From Vampirovibrionaceae bacterium NZW_1234 (GTDB taxonomy: Bacteria > Cyanobacteriota > Vampirovibrionia > Vampirovibrionales > JAGQHJ01), in NCBI GenBank assembly GCA_041697335.1, contig JBGUGD010000021.1, positions 1-47,378 on the forward strand: a stretch of 47,378 nucleotides of DNA, read 5' to 3'. Made by a program: the position numbers and the translations under genes. How positions within the stretch are numbered: position 1 is the stretch's first letter; each line of letters starts with the position of its first letter. The notes below the pieces were generated by a model. The model was given only the letters and a program-made list of their open reading frames with translations. It searched no databases and was not told the origin of the DNA. This document shows, one piece after another, positions 39,189 to 47,378 of the stretch.

Positions 39189-39296
39189 AATTCACGACAA
39201 ATTCACGCGAAATCACGCGTAAACCGCGCGTGAAACCCGCGTGTTTCACGCGTGATTGTCCCTTTTTCACGCGAAAATCACGCGTAAAACACGCGT
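39189..39296. repeat. helically phased ~11-bp repeat array with CGCG core
   Basis: CGCG cores at 39206, 39216, 39227, 39238, 39249, 39270, 39281, 39292, with a degenerate one at 39195; two more at 39032 and 39042. Confidence 0.85.
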
Positions 39297-39355
39297 CCCG
39301 GACTCCCGTGATAGGGGGAAACCCGAGGGGGAGGAGTGGGAAAGATAACGGTGTT

Positions 39356-40219
39356 CTATGCCGGGACCGTCAGGGTCAGCAACATGCACTCACGAATGAC
39401 CTTGGCCGCCACCACGTTGGAAACCCCCGAGGCGTCATAATGGGGCGAAAGTTCCAGGGCATCCAGACCCACCAGGTTGACTCCCTTGAGATAGGTCAGC
39501 CACTGCTGCAACTCGCTGAAGGTCATTCCTCCCGGTTCCGGCGTGCCGGTGCCGGGGAAGACGCTGGGATCCAGCACATCCAGGTCCACGGTCAGAAAAA
39601 CGGGACGGGAGCCCCAGGCCGCCAACCGCTCGGTAAGCTGTGCCGGGGTAGTCACCAGGGTTTTGTTCTGGCGCATCCAATCAAACTCGCTTTTGGGGCC
39701 GGAACGAATGCCGATTTGAACCAGGCGTTCGGGACCGATAAGGTCGGCAATGCGTCGAATAACCGTTGCGTGGGAGAGCTTCTCGCCCATATAGTCGTCC
39801 CGGAGATCCGCATGGGCGTCAAAATGCACAACCGCCAAGTCCGGGTACTTCTCCAGATAGGCCTCAACCACGGGCAGGGTCACCAAGTGCTCCCCACCCA
39901 GACCAATCCAGCCTTGCCCCCGAGAGAGAACGTCGCGAGTGGCTTCCCGGATACGACTCAAGACATCATCCCGGTTGCCGAAGGGAAGCTCCAGATCGCC
40001 CTGGTCGGCATAAGACAGGTTTTCCAGGTCCAGGTCCATGACCGGCGAATAGGTTTCCAAACCCCACGAGGCTTCCCGGATGGCGTTCGGGGCAAATCGG
40101 GTGCCTGGGCGATAAGAGCAGGTCCCATCATAGGGAATCCCCACAATGACCCACTGGGCTTGGGCCAAAGGAGCCGTCGCTCCCATAAAGGTGTTTTGCT
40201 GACTGACCAGGGAAATCAT
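39356..40219 (-). CDS. speB: agmatinase / ureohydrolase
   Basis: GGEH, DAHAD, DLDVLDP..PGTGTPEPGG. Confidence 0.93.
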   Translation of the reverse strand: MISLVSQQNTFMGATAPLAQAQWVIVGIPYDGTCSYRPGTRFAPNAIREASWGLETYSPVMDLDLENLSYADQGDLELPFGNRDDVLSRIREATRDVLSRGQGWIGLGGEHLVTLPVVEAYLEKYPDLAVVHFDAHADLRDDYMGEKLSHATVIRRIADLIGPERLVQIGIRSGPKSEFDWMRQNKTLVTTPAQLTERLAAWGSRPVFLTVDLDVLDPSVFPGTGTPEPGGMTFSELQQWLTYLKGVNLVGLDALELSPHYDASGVSNVVAAKVIRECMLLTLTVPA

Positions 40220-41073
40220 TTCGCCAGGGCCGGGGTCTTGAGGAGCTCTTGGACGAAGTTCGGCAAGGCGAAGCTGGCCTGATGGACGGCTGTATTGTAA
40301 TACCGGCTGTCTTTTTCGATGGCCTTGGCCCGGGAGGACTGGCTGATATCCACCTGCTCCGGAACAATGCTCTTGGAACAGAAAGCCCAGGTCCAGAACC
40401 CGGAGGGGTAGGTCGGCACATGGCCGGTGTACATCCGCACCACCGGGAAGATCTGCTGGTACATGCCATAGACCTTCTGGATGATATGGGGGTGCAGGAA
40501 CGGCGATTCCGTCTGGGCAACCATAATGCCGTCGGGATTCAAGGCGTTAAAGACGTTGGTGTAGAACTCGTGGGTAAACAAGCCTTCACCGGGGCCGATA
40601 GGGTCGGTGGAGTCCACGATAATCAGGTCAAAGTCCTTGGCCTCATTGGCCATGTAGGCCACACCGTCCCCGATTTTCACGGTGACCTTGGGGTGATCCA
40701 GGGCCGAGGCAATCTTCGGGAAGTATTGGCGGCAGGCATCCACCACCAGCCCATCAATTTCACACAGAATTACGGACTCCACTTCCGGGTGCCGCACCAG
40801 TTCGCGAACCGTGCCGCCGTCGCCGCCGCCAATCACCAGAACCCGTTTGGGGTTAGGGTGCAAGAGCATGGGGACGTGGCTGATCATTTCGTGGTAGACA
40901 AATTCGTCTTTGTCCGTAGTCATCACGGCGCCATCCAGGAGCAGCAGCCTGCCGTAGGCTTGAGTCTCCACCACATCAACGGTTTGATAGGGAGACTGGG
41001 CGTGATACAGCGTTTCGGTAACCCGAAACCCCAAGGCCATGTCCTGATGATATTCGGTAGCCCATAATTCCAT
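40216..41073 (-). CDS. speE: polyamine aminopropyltransferase (spermidine synthase)
   Basis: YHEM, VLVIGGGDGG, EIDG.V, IIVDSTDP. Confidence 0.95.
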   Translation of the reverse strand: MELWATEYHQDMALGFRVTETLYHAQSPYQTVDVVETQAYGRLLLLDGAVMTTDKDEFVYHEMISHVPMLLHPNPKRVLVIGGGDGGTVRELVRHPEVESVILCEIDGLVVDACRQYFPKIASALDHPKVTVKIGDGVAYMANEAKDFDLIIVDSTDPIGPGEGLFTHEFYTNVFNALNPDGIMVAQTESPFLHPHIIQKVYGMYQQIFPVVRMYTGHVPTYPSGFWTWAFCSKSIVPEQVDISQSSRAKAIEKDSRYYNTAVHQASFALPNFVQELLKTPALAK

Positions 41074-41088
41074 TGGATGAATCTCCTT

Positions 41089-41520
41089 TTAGCAGATACC
41101 GGCCGCAGCCAGCTGACGACGCGGAACAATTTCCGAGTGGTTCCTGGGGAAGTATAACCCACGATCCACACGATGAATATCGGGGTCTTGAACCTCGAAG
41201 GCTCGAATGACTTCCTGAACCACGGTGTCCGTGTCAAAGTCCTTGCAGCTAAAGAGATCGAAGAAAAAGTAGTCTTTTTGGGTAAACGAGTGGAAGGTGA
41301 TGTGGGATTCGGCAATGATGGTCACCCCGGTAATCCCTTCATCTTCAGGAACCAGCCCGCTGTAAGGAAACACGTAGGGCTGTGTGATTTTGGTCATCCC
41401 GATCTTATCGGGTAAATCGTTCAAGAAGTTCCAGATGTACTGAAGATCGCTGCACTTTTCGAAGCTGACGCCCCGGCAGTCCATCATCAAATGTGGTCCG
41501 AATCCTCCGGTGGTCGTCAT
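41089..41520 (-). CDS. divergent SpeD-family pyruvoyl decarboxylase (possible arginine decarboxylase)
   Basis: [31 protein letters not shown]; retains the E-S self-cleavage site. Confidence 0.8.
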   Translation of the reverse strand: MTTTGGFGPHLMMDCRGVSFEKCSDLQYIWNFLNDLPDKIGMTKITQPYVFPYSGLVPEDEGITGVTIIAESHITFHSFTQKDYFFFDLFSCKDFDTDTVVQEVIRAFEVQDPDIHRVDRGLYFPRNHSEIVPRRQLAAAGIC

Positions 41521-41966
41521 GAATGGACACCTCCACCCACGGGGATGTGGTATTCGTGCTCGACTTCGATCTGGAAGGGCGCTTTCATCACCTGGCCGTT
41601 TTCTTCGTTGAGAAGCCCCCGCTTCAACTCGGAGTAGAAGGCGGTTTTGGCGTGCAGGTGTTCGCGCAGGTATTCGTAGGACTTGAGCGGATCCACACTG
41701 GTACCGCAGGTAAACAGGTCAATGGCGGCATAACCGAACTCGGGCCAGGTGTGAATAGCCAGGTGGGATTCGGCGATGACCACAACACCGCTAACACCGT
41801 AGGGACTAAAGTGGTGGAAGGTTTTCGTAACGATGGTGGCGCCGGCCACTTCGGCGGCATCACACATCAACTTTTCGATCAACGAAACGTTGTTGAGGAT
41901 ATTGGGCTCACAATCGTGAAATTCAGCGAGGAGGTGTCGACCCAGGGTAAACAGTTTGGATTCCAT
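41517..41966 (-). CDS. speD: S-adenosylmethionine decarboxylase proenzyme
   Basis: [34 protein letters not shown]. Confidence 0.92.
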   Translation of the reverse strand: MESKLFTLGRHLLAEFHDCEPNILNNVSLIEKLMCDAAEVAGATIVTKTFHHFSPYGVSGVVVIAESHLAIHTWPEFGYAAIDLFTCGTSVDPLKSYEYLREHLHAKTAFYSELKRGLLNEENGQVMKAPFQIEVEHEYHIPVGGGVHS

Positions 41967-42212
41967 TTACATCATTCCAGGTTCAAGGGGTAGGGACATT
42001 CAGTAGAAATATATCTTCTACAGTGAATAACAAAAATGCAAGAGGGAAATTTACAAGTCACCACGTGGGCAATTGTGCCTTGAATGACGATAGGGTGCGA
42101 GTCATTGTTCTTTGTTAAGGGATGTAACAATTTCTGTATCTCAAAACGGCCAAGGCCTTGCTGAGACACGGCCTGGACGTCTATCGCATATCCGAATTGT
42201 GTCGGAATCAGT

Positions 42213-42617
42213 TTAGGGCACCATGGATTCGGGTTGCGGGTCGAACCATGATGCTAAGAGGCTTAAAATAGTGGCTTGATATTGTTTCAGGTTCGGATCG
42301 TGCAGGTACCAATAGCCCACCAGGGCTTCAAATGCAGTGGCTTTTCGATATAGAGCCTGATTGGAACGACGGGCCGGGGGAACCGGCAGATTTTGCGCCC
42401 GTTTAACCAATTCCCGAACTGTTTCAGGCAAGGTTGGAAGTAAGGCGTCAAGTAGCTTGGCTTGGGTCTCCGCCTTCACGCGAGCGGTTGTAAATCGATG
42501 CAAGTCGTTGCTTTTCTGGAATCGGGCAATGGCATCTTCCCGGATCCAAAGTTCATACACGGCATCGCCCAAGTGGGCCAGAGCCCTAGGGTGAAGCGGT
42601 GATGGAGGTGGGTTCAT
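42213..42617 (-). CDS. mrnC: Mini-ribonuclease III
   Basis: LAHLGDAVYEL, ATAFEALVGY; no dsRBD; directly downstream of cysS. Confidence 0.92.
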   Translation of the reverse strand: MNPPPSPLHPRALAHLGDAVYELWIREDAIARFQKSNDLHRFTTARVKAETQAKLLDALLPTLPETVRELVKRAQNLPVPPARRSNQALYRKATAFEALVGYWYLHDPNLKQYQATILSLLASWFDPQPESMVP

Positions 42618-44175
42618 AGTGCCAAAGGGGCAGCCCTTCTTTGCGGTCTTTAATCAGGATACCCAAGGCCGCCAACCGATCCCGGATCCAATCGGACATA
42701 CTCCAGTCCTTATCAGCTCGAACCTGCGCCCGTTGCTGCAGGATTTCGTTGATGTACTGGACAGGCGTCCAATCGTTTTCCAAGGTCATGGACCAGCTTT
42801 TCTCCTGTTCCAGACGGCGTTGCAGTTCCTGGGCCAATCGACGCAGCTCCGGAAGGAGAATGTCCAGGCTGGTATCTGTCTCTGGGGTAATGAAGTCAAA
42901 GCCCAGCATTTCGGACATGGCAAGAAACGCTCCCAATGCACAGGGTTCCAGAAACGATAATCGGGTAGGTGTCTGGTTGGGTTTGGGATTGGCATGGGAG
43001 AGGAGCTCATTGAGCTTCGCCAGGGCTTGGGCCGTATTCATATCCTCGGCCATGGCCTCCAGAAGTTCGACGGCGCTCTGCTCCCAATCCTTCAAGTCGC
43101 CTTTCGGGCTGTTGATCAAGCCAAGGATATGGGCCTTGCATGCGGTGGCAACGGCATCTGCGGGAAAGCCGATTTCGGAAACCAGATCTTTGACATTCTG
43201 AGACATTTTGCTGATGCGGTTTTTGGCGCCTTCCAGGGCAAAATCGTTAAAGTCCATGGGGCTTCGGTAATGATGGGTCAGCACAAAATAGCGCAAGGTG
43301 TTGGCGTCATACACCTCAAGCAAGGAGGCCACCGTGGCAAAGTTCCCCAGGGATTTGGACATCTTCTCGCCACTGACGTTGACAAAGCCGTTATGCATCC
43401 ACAGCGCCACAAAGGGGGACAGGCCGGTGAAGGCTTCGGTTTGCGCAATTTCGTTCTGGTGATGGGGGAAGATCAAATCCATCCCGCCGGCATGAATGTC
43501 CAGCTGGGAGCCGAGAATATGATAGCTCATGGTCGAGCATTCCAGGTGCCATCCCGGGCGTCCGTAACCCCAGGGGGAGAACCAGACATAGGGCTCGGTT
43601 TCCGGGGCGGGTTTCCACAAGGCAAAATCCAGGGGGCTTTGTTTCTCGGGGTCCACATCCACTCGCGAACCCGATTGCAGATCGTCCAGATTCTGGTGGC
43701 ACAGATTGCCGTAGTCTTGTTTACGCGAGGTGTCGTAATACACCGTGCCGGACGCGGTGGTATAGGCAAACCCCTTATGCATCAGGACCTGGATAAACTC
43801 CACCATTTTGGGAACATACTCTGTGGCCTTGGGCTCATGAGTCGGTGGCAGGGTGTTGAGCTTCGCCATGACGTCATGGAAGCGTTGGGTAAAGCGCTCG
43901 GCAAGAGCTTGCGGGTGTTCGCCGTTTTCCTGGGCCCGTTTTAGAATCTTGTCATCAACATCAGTCAGGTTGCGGGTGTAGACCACGCCATAGCCCATAA
44001 AGCTCAGGAACCGATAGAGCGTGTCCCAGGTCATATAGCAGCGGGCATGGCCCAGGTGAGCTTCGTCATAGACCGTTGGGCCACACACATACATGCGGAC
44101 ATGGGTCGGGCTCATGGGAATAAACGGTTCCGCCTGACGGGTCAGGGTGTTGTACAGGTTGATGGTGAGCGGCAT
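42586..44175 (-). CDS. cysS: cysteine--tRNA ligase
   Basis: [30 protein letters not shown]. Confidence 0.97.
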   Translation of the reverse strand: MPLTINLYNTLTRQAEPFIPMSPTHVRMYVCGPTVYDEAHLGHARCYMTWDTLYRFLSFMGYGVVYTRNLTDVDDKILKRAQENGEHPQALAERFTQRFHDVMAKLNTLPPTHEPKATEYVPKMVEFIQVLMHKGFAYTTASGTVYYDTSRKQDYGNLCHQNLDDLQSGSRVDVDPEKQSPLDFALWKPAPETEPYVWFSPWGYGRPGWHLECSTMSYHILGSQLDIHAGGMDLIFPHHQNEIAQTEAFTGLSPFVALWMHNGFVNVSGEKMSKSLGNFATVASLLEVYDANTLRYFVLTHHYRSPMDFNDFALEGAKNRISKMSQNVKDLVSEIGFPADAVATACKAHILGLINSPKGDLKDWEQSAVELLEAMAEDMNTAQALAKLNELLSHANPKPNQTPTRLSFLEPCALGAFLAMSEMLGFDFITPETDTSLDILLPELRRLAQELQRRLEQEKSWSMTLENDWTPVQYINEILQQRAQVRADKDWSMSDWIRDRLAALGILIKDRKEGLPLWHYEPTSITASP

Positions 44176-44460
44176 AACAGGGCTTTCAGCGGTTTCGACA
44201 ATGCAAAATCGAGTGAACAGATTCCATCATACACAATGCCGGGATTCGGGGTCAATTTGACTTCAGGCCCCGCATTCGGGCAAATGGGAAAAGTCCCTGA
44301 GAACAGCGGATCCAAAATCCCTCAGGCGTTGTGTATAATGGGACGTATTCAGGCCGGTGCCATCCCGAGGCAACAGAAAGGACACTGGCGCCCCCTGAAT
44401 CACAGCTTTTCGGATAAACGTATCCAGCGTCACATCAACCCGATAGAAAGACCGAGAATC

Positions 44461-46809
44461 GTGAGCGCATCTTCCCAGTCCGTCCATTCAGCCCCGTCGT
44501 CCGCCAATTCTGCCGAAACCAAATCGGTGGATTTTATTCGCACCATTATTAACGAGCATATGCGGACCGATGCCTATGCCGGGCGAGTGGCCACGCGCTT
44601 TCCTCCCGAGCCCAACGGCTATTTGCACATCGGTCATGCCAAGTCTATCTGCTTGAATTTCGGCATTGCTAACGACTATAGCGGTGCGTGCCATTTGCGC
44701 ATGGATGATACGGACCCCACCAAGGAAAGTATGGAATACGTGGAGTCCATCAAGCAGGATGTAAAATGGCTGGGTTTTGACTGGGGCGACAATATGTTTT
44801 ACGCCTCCGATTACTTCGAGCAGCTCTATGACTATGCCGTCAAACTGATTCAGCTGGGCAAAGCCTATGTTTGCAGCTTGAACGAGCAGGAAATCCGGGA
44901 GTACCGGGGAACCGTAACCGAGCCTGGAAAAGATAGCCCCTATCGCAACCGCTCGGTGGAAGAGAACCTGGACCTATTTCGTCGTATGCGGGCCGGGGAA
45001 TTTCCCGACGGGGCACATGTGGTGCGGGCCAAGATCGATATGGCTTCGCCCAATATGAAGATGCGTGATCCCTTGATCTACCGCATCCGCCACGCCCATC
45101 ATTACCGCACCGGCGACAAATGGTGTATTTACCCCTTGTACGACTTTGCCCACTGCTTGTCGGATTCCATCGAGCGGATCACCCATTCGATCTGTACCCT
45201 GGAGTTCGAAAACAACCGAGAGTTGTACGACTGGATTCTGGATACCCTGGAGGTCGAAAAACCGCGCCCTCATCAGTACGAGTTTGCCCGTCTCAGTTTG
45301 AATTACACGGTGATGAGCAAGCGAAAGCTCTTGTACCTGGTGGAAAAGAAATTGGTCAGTGGTTGGGATGACCCGAGATTACCCACCATTTCCGGGATGC
45401 GCCGTCGCGGGGTTACGCCCGAAGCGCTTCGGAAATTTTGCGAAAGCATCGGCATTGCCAAAGCCAACAGCTCCGTTGACATGGCGCAGCTGGAATTTGC
45501 CATTCGGGACGATCTCAATCAGCGGGTGCCTCGGGTTCTGGCAGTCTTGCGTCCCTTGAAAGTGATCATCGAAAATTACCCCGAAGGCCGGACCGAAGAC
45601 CTGGATGCGCCGTTATACCCTCACGATGTGCCGAAAGAAGGCTCTCGACTCTTGCCGTTTTCTCGTGAAATCTACATTGAACAGGATGATTTCATGGAAA
45701 ACCCGCCCAAGGACTACTATCGTCTCTCCCCGGGGGCCGAAGTCCGTTTACGCCACGCCTATGTCATTCGCTGCGATAAGGTCGTGAAGAATGATGCCGG
45801 CGAGGTTACCGAACTCTATTGTCATTACTTCCCCGAAACCAAAAGCGGTGAAGGCGGAGAAGAACGCAAAGTCAAAGGCACAATCCACTGGGTCTCTGCT
45901 GCCCATGCCGTACCGGCCGAAATCCGTCTTTATGATCGCCTTTTCGTGGACGAATTCCCCGAAGACGTGGATCAGAGCTTGAACCCAAACTCGCTGGTGG
46001 TCCTTAAAGACGGGTTTGTGGAGGCCAGCCTGGCCAGTGCCGAACCGGGAAGCCGCTACCAGTTTGAACGCTTAGGCTACTTCTGTGCCGACAGTGTGGA
46101 TTCCAAGCCCGGAAGCCTGGTCTTTAACCGAATTGTGACGCTTCGGGATTCCTGGGCCAAGAAGGCGGCCCCTGAAAAAGCGGCTCCGGTGAAGAAAGAA
46201 TCTCAACCCAAAGAGAAAAAAGCCTCGTCTGCACCGGCCCCGGCAAAAGCTCCGGTGATGGAGTTGACTCCGGCGCAGGAAGAACGGTTTAAGCGCTATC
46301 AGGAGACGATGGGGCTGCCCGCCGACAATGCCCGGATGATTGCTTCCGATGAGGCCTTGGCCAACTTCTTCGAGACGGCGCTTTCCTCGCATGCTTCGCC
46401 CAAGTCTCTGTCCAATTGGGTTGTTAATGAGCTTCAGCGGGTGCTGAAGGATGCCAATATTGCTGCGTTGCCCTTTGGGCCTGAGGCCTTTGCCAGCCTG
46501 GTGGCCATGGTCGATGATGAGGTCATTTCCGGCAAAATTGCCAAAGACGTCTTTGAAGAAATGCTGTCAACAGGTGCAGATCCCAAGCAGATTGTTGACG
46601 AGAAGGGATTGAAGCAGATCACGGATCCGTCACAACTGGCACCAATTGTGACGAAAGTCCTAGCCGCTAACCCTGACAATGTGACCCTCTATAAAGAAGG
46701 TCGCAACAATGTTCTCGGCTTTCTCGTCGGGCAAGTGCTAAAGGAAACCGGAGGAAAGGCCAGCCCGAAGCTCATCAACGAATTGGTCGTTCAGCAGCTG
46801 AATTCCTAG
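44461..46809 (+). CDS. glnS: glutamine--tRNA ligase with C-terminal GatB/YqeY domain
   Basis: [39 protein letters not shown] linker then ISGKIAKDV...[15 protein letters not shown]; start set to GTG 44461 (uncertain). Confidence 0.95.
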   Translation: MSASSQSVHSAPSSANSAETKSVDFIRTIINEHMRTDAYAGRVATRFPPEPNGYLHIGHAKSICLNFGIANDYSGACHLRMDDTDPTKESMEYVESIKQDVKWLGFDWGDNMFYASDYFEQLYDYAVKLIQLGKAYVCSLNEQEIREYRGTVTEPGKDSPYRNRSVEENLDLFRRMRAGEFPDGAHVVRAKIDMASPNMKMRDPLIYRIRHAHHYRTGDKWCIYPLYDFAHCLSDSIERITHSICTLEFENNRELYDWILDTLEVEKPRPHQYEFARLSLNYTVMSKRKLLYLVEKKLVSGWDDPRLPTISGMRRRGVTPEALRKFCESIGIAKANSSVDMAQLEFAIRDDLNQRVPRVLAVLRPLKVIIENYPEGRTEDLDAPLYPHDVPKEGSRLLPFSREIYIEQDDFMENPPKDYYRLSPGAEVRLRHAYVIRCDKVVKNDAGEVTELYCHYFPETKSGEGGEERKVKGTIHWVSAAHAVPAEIRLYDRLFVDEFPEDVDQSLNPNSLVVLKDGFVEASLASAEPGSRYQFERLGYFCADSVDSKPGSLVFNRIVTLRDSWAKKAAPEKAAPVKKESQPKEKKASSAPAPAKAPVMELTPAQEERFKRYQETMGLPADNARMIASDEALANFFETALSSHASPKSLSNWVVNELQRVLKDANIAALPFGPEAFASLVAMVDDEVISGKIAKDVFEEMLSTGADPKQIVDEKGLKQITDPSQLAPIVTKVLAANPDNVTLYKEGRNNVLGFLVGQVLKETGGKASPKLINELVVQQLNS

Positions 46810-46927
46810 GACGCTGTTTTGCATTCTGTAAACTTTGTTCCTGAAATTTAAATCTTTTGTAAATAAATAGTATATCCATGTTTTTATTTTATTACTTAGC
46901 ACATGAAATAAAAAGGGTGGGTATTCC

Positions 46928-47378
46928 ATGGCGTATTCCATGGCATACAACCGAGACATTGGGTATTCTCCACCACCTCAGGGAGTAAGACAGGGCTCGT
47001 TTATTGCGAACGGCAGCCCTGGAACACAGTATCCCTGGGACACGCGTTGGGCTTCACCGGCATGGGGTGGAGCATTTACGCAAGAGAGAACGCCTAGGCA
47101 ATTCGGCATAGCAGATATGCTGATGTTCCGATTGCTTTCATCTGCGTTTAAGCCAAGAGCGCAGCTACAAGTTGTGCCACAAACACCTTTTGTGGGAGCT
47201 GATCCTTTTTACTCGTCCGGATTGGGAGTTTATTTGTCCAATGCCGGTGTGCCATGCAATACACAGCCAATTTTATATCCCATAAACACGTGCTATCAAC
47301 CTAGTCCGTGCTGGCAGGTGAAGCCGCCATGCGATCCTCCGCCACCGCCGCCACCGCCGCCGCCACCGCCGCCGCCAC
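46928..47378 (+). CDS. proline-rich hypothetical protein, 3'-truncated by the window edge
   Basis: Open frame from ATG 46928 (GGGTGG RBS) to the window end: MAYSMAYNRDIGYSPPPQG...CWQVKPPCD followed by at least 14 Pro; absent from the supplied ORF track, probably because no stop falls in the window. Confidence 0.75.
   Translation, partial: MAYSMAYNRDIGYSPPPQGVRQGSFIANGSPGTQYPWDTRWASPAWGGAFTQERTPRQFGIADMLMFRLLSSAFKPRAQLQVVPQTPFVGADPFYSSGLGVYLSNAGVPCNTQPILYPINTCYQPSPCWQVKPPCDPPPPPPPPPPPPPP

Noticed and set aside
39189..39296. CRISPR array or oriC
   Set aside because: The period is ~11 bp with no unique spacers, no cas genes and no TTATCCACA boxes.
39080..40282. 400-aa plus-strand ORF containing the CGCG repeats
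   Set aside because: Mostly antisense to speB, with no recognisable protein features.
44047..44460. 138-aa N-terminal extension of GlnRS in the ORF track
   Set aside because: It overlaps cysS head-to-head and spans a probable promoter (TGTATAAT near 44332); GlnRS similarity begins after 44461.
46921..46944. 12-bp tandem gtattccatggc as integrase arm sites
   Set aside because: Explained as a duplication of the start region of the 46928 ORF; no att core or integrase nearby.
47296..47378. Minus-strand poly-Gly C-terminus (G14-SHGGFTCQHGLG*)
   Set aside because: The plus-strand poly-Pro frame has a start, an RBS and 150 open codons, so it is better supported; the minus frame cannot be fully excluded without more sequence.

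Overview
Bacterial chromosomal window, most likely from a non-photosynthetic cyanobacterial relative (Vampirovibrionia/Melainabacteria). That assignment is an inference from a cyanobacterial-type RNase E preceded by a TIGR03960-type radical SAM gene and from the style of the orphan proteins. Left to right: (1) a small accessory region with a direct-repeat-flanked secreted-protein gene, a promoter-defined ~120-nt candidate sRNA and hicAB; (2) a ~17-kb surface-glycan locus (manC, GT11, GT10-like, GT2/GT4 glycosyltransferases, MsbA-like exporter, O-acyltransferase, several methyltransferase-like genes); (3) an integrase-free stack of small cargo segments downstream of tRNA-Phe(GAA), separated by three decayed copies of the tRNA 3' half, plus a degenerate second tRNA; (4) housekeeping genes (PlsC-like acyltransferase, rne, radical SAM, speD-speD'-speE-speB, mini-RNase III, cysS, glnS-YqeY). 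Between the housekeeping genes lie unusual non-coding structures: a nested inverted-repeat element with a local strand-skew switch, and a helically phased CGCG array. A polyproline ORF missing from the supplied track runs off the right edge. The best candidates for something undescribed are the tRNA-Phe cassette stack, the phased CGCG array and the sRNA at 531-654. All calls are by eye; no searches were run.
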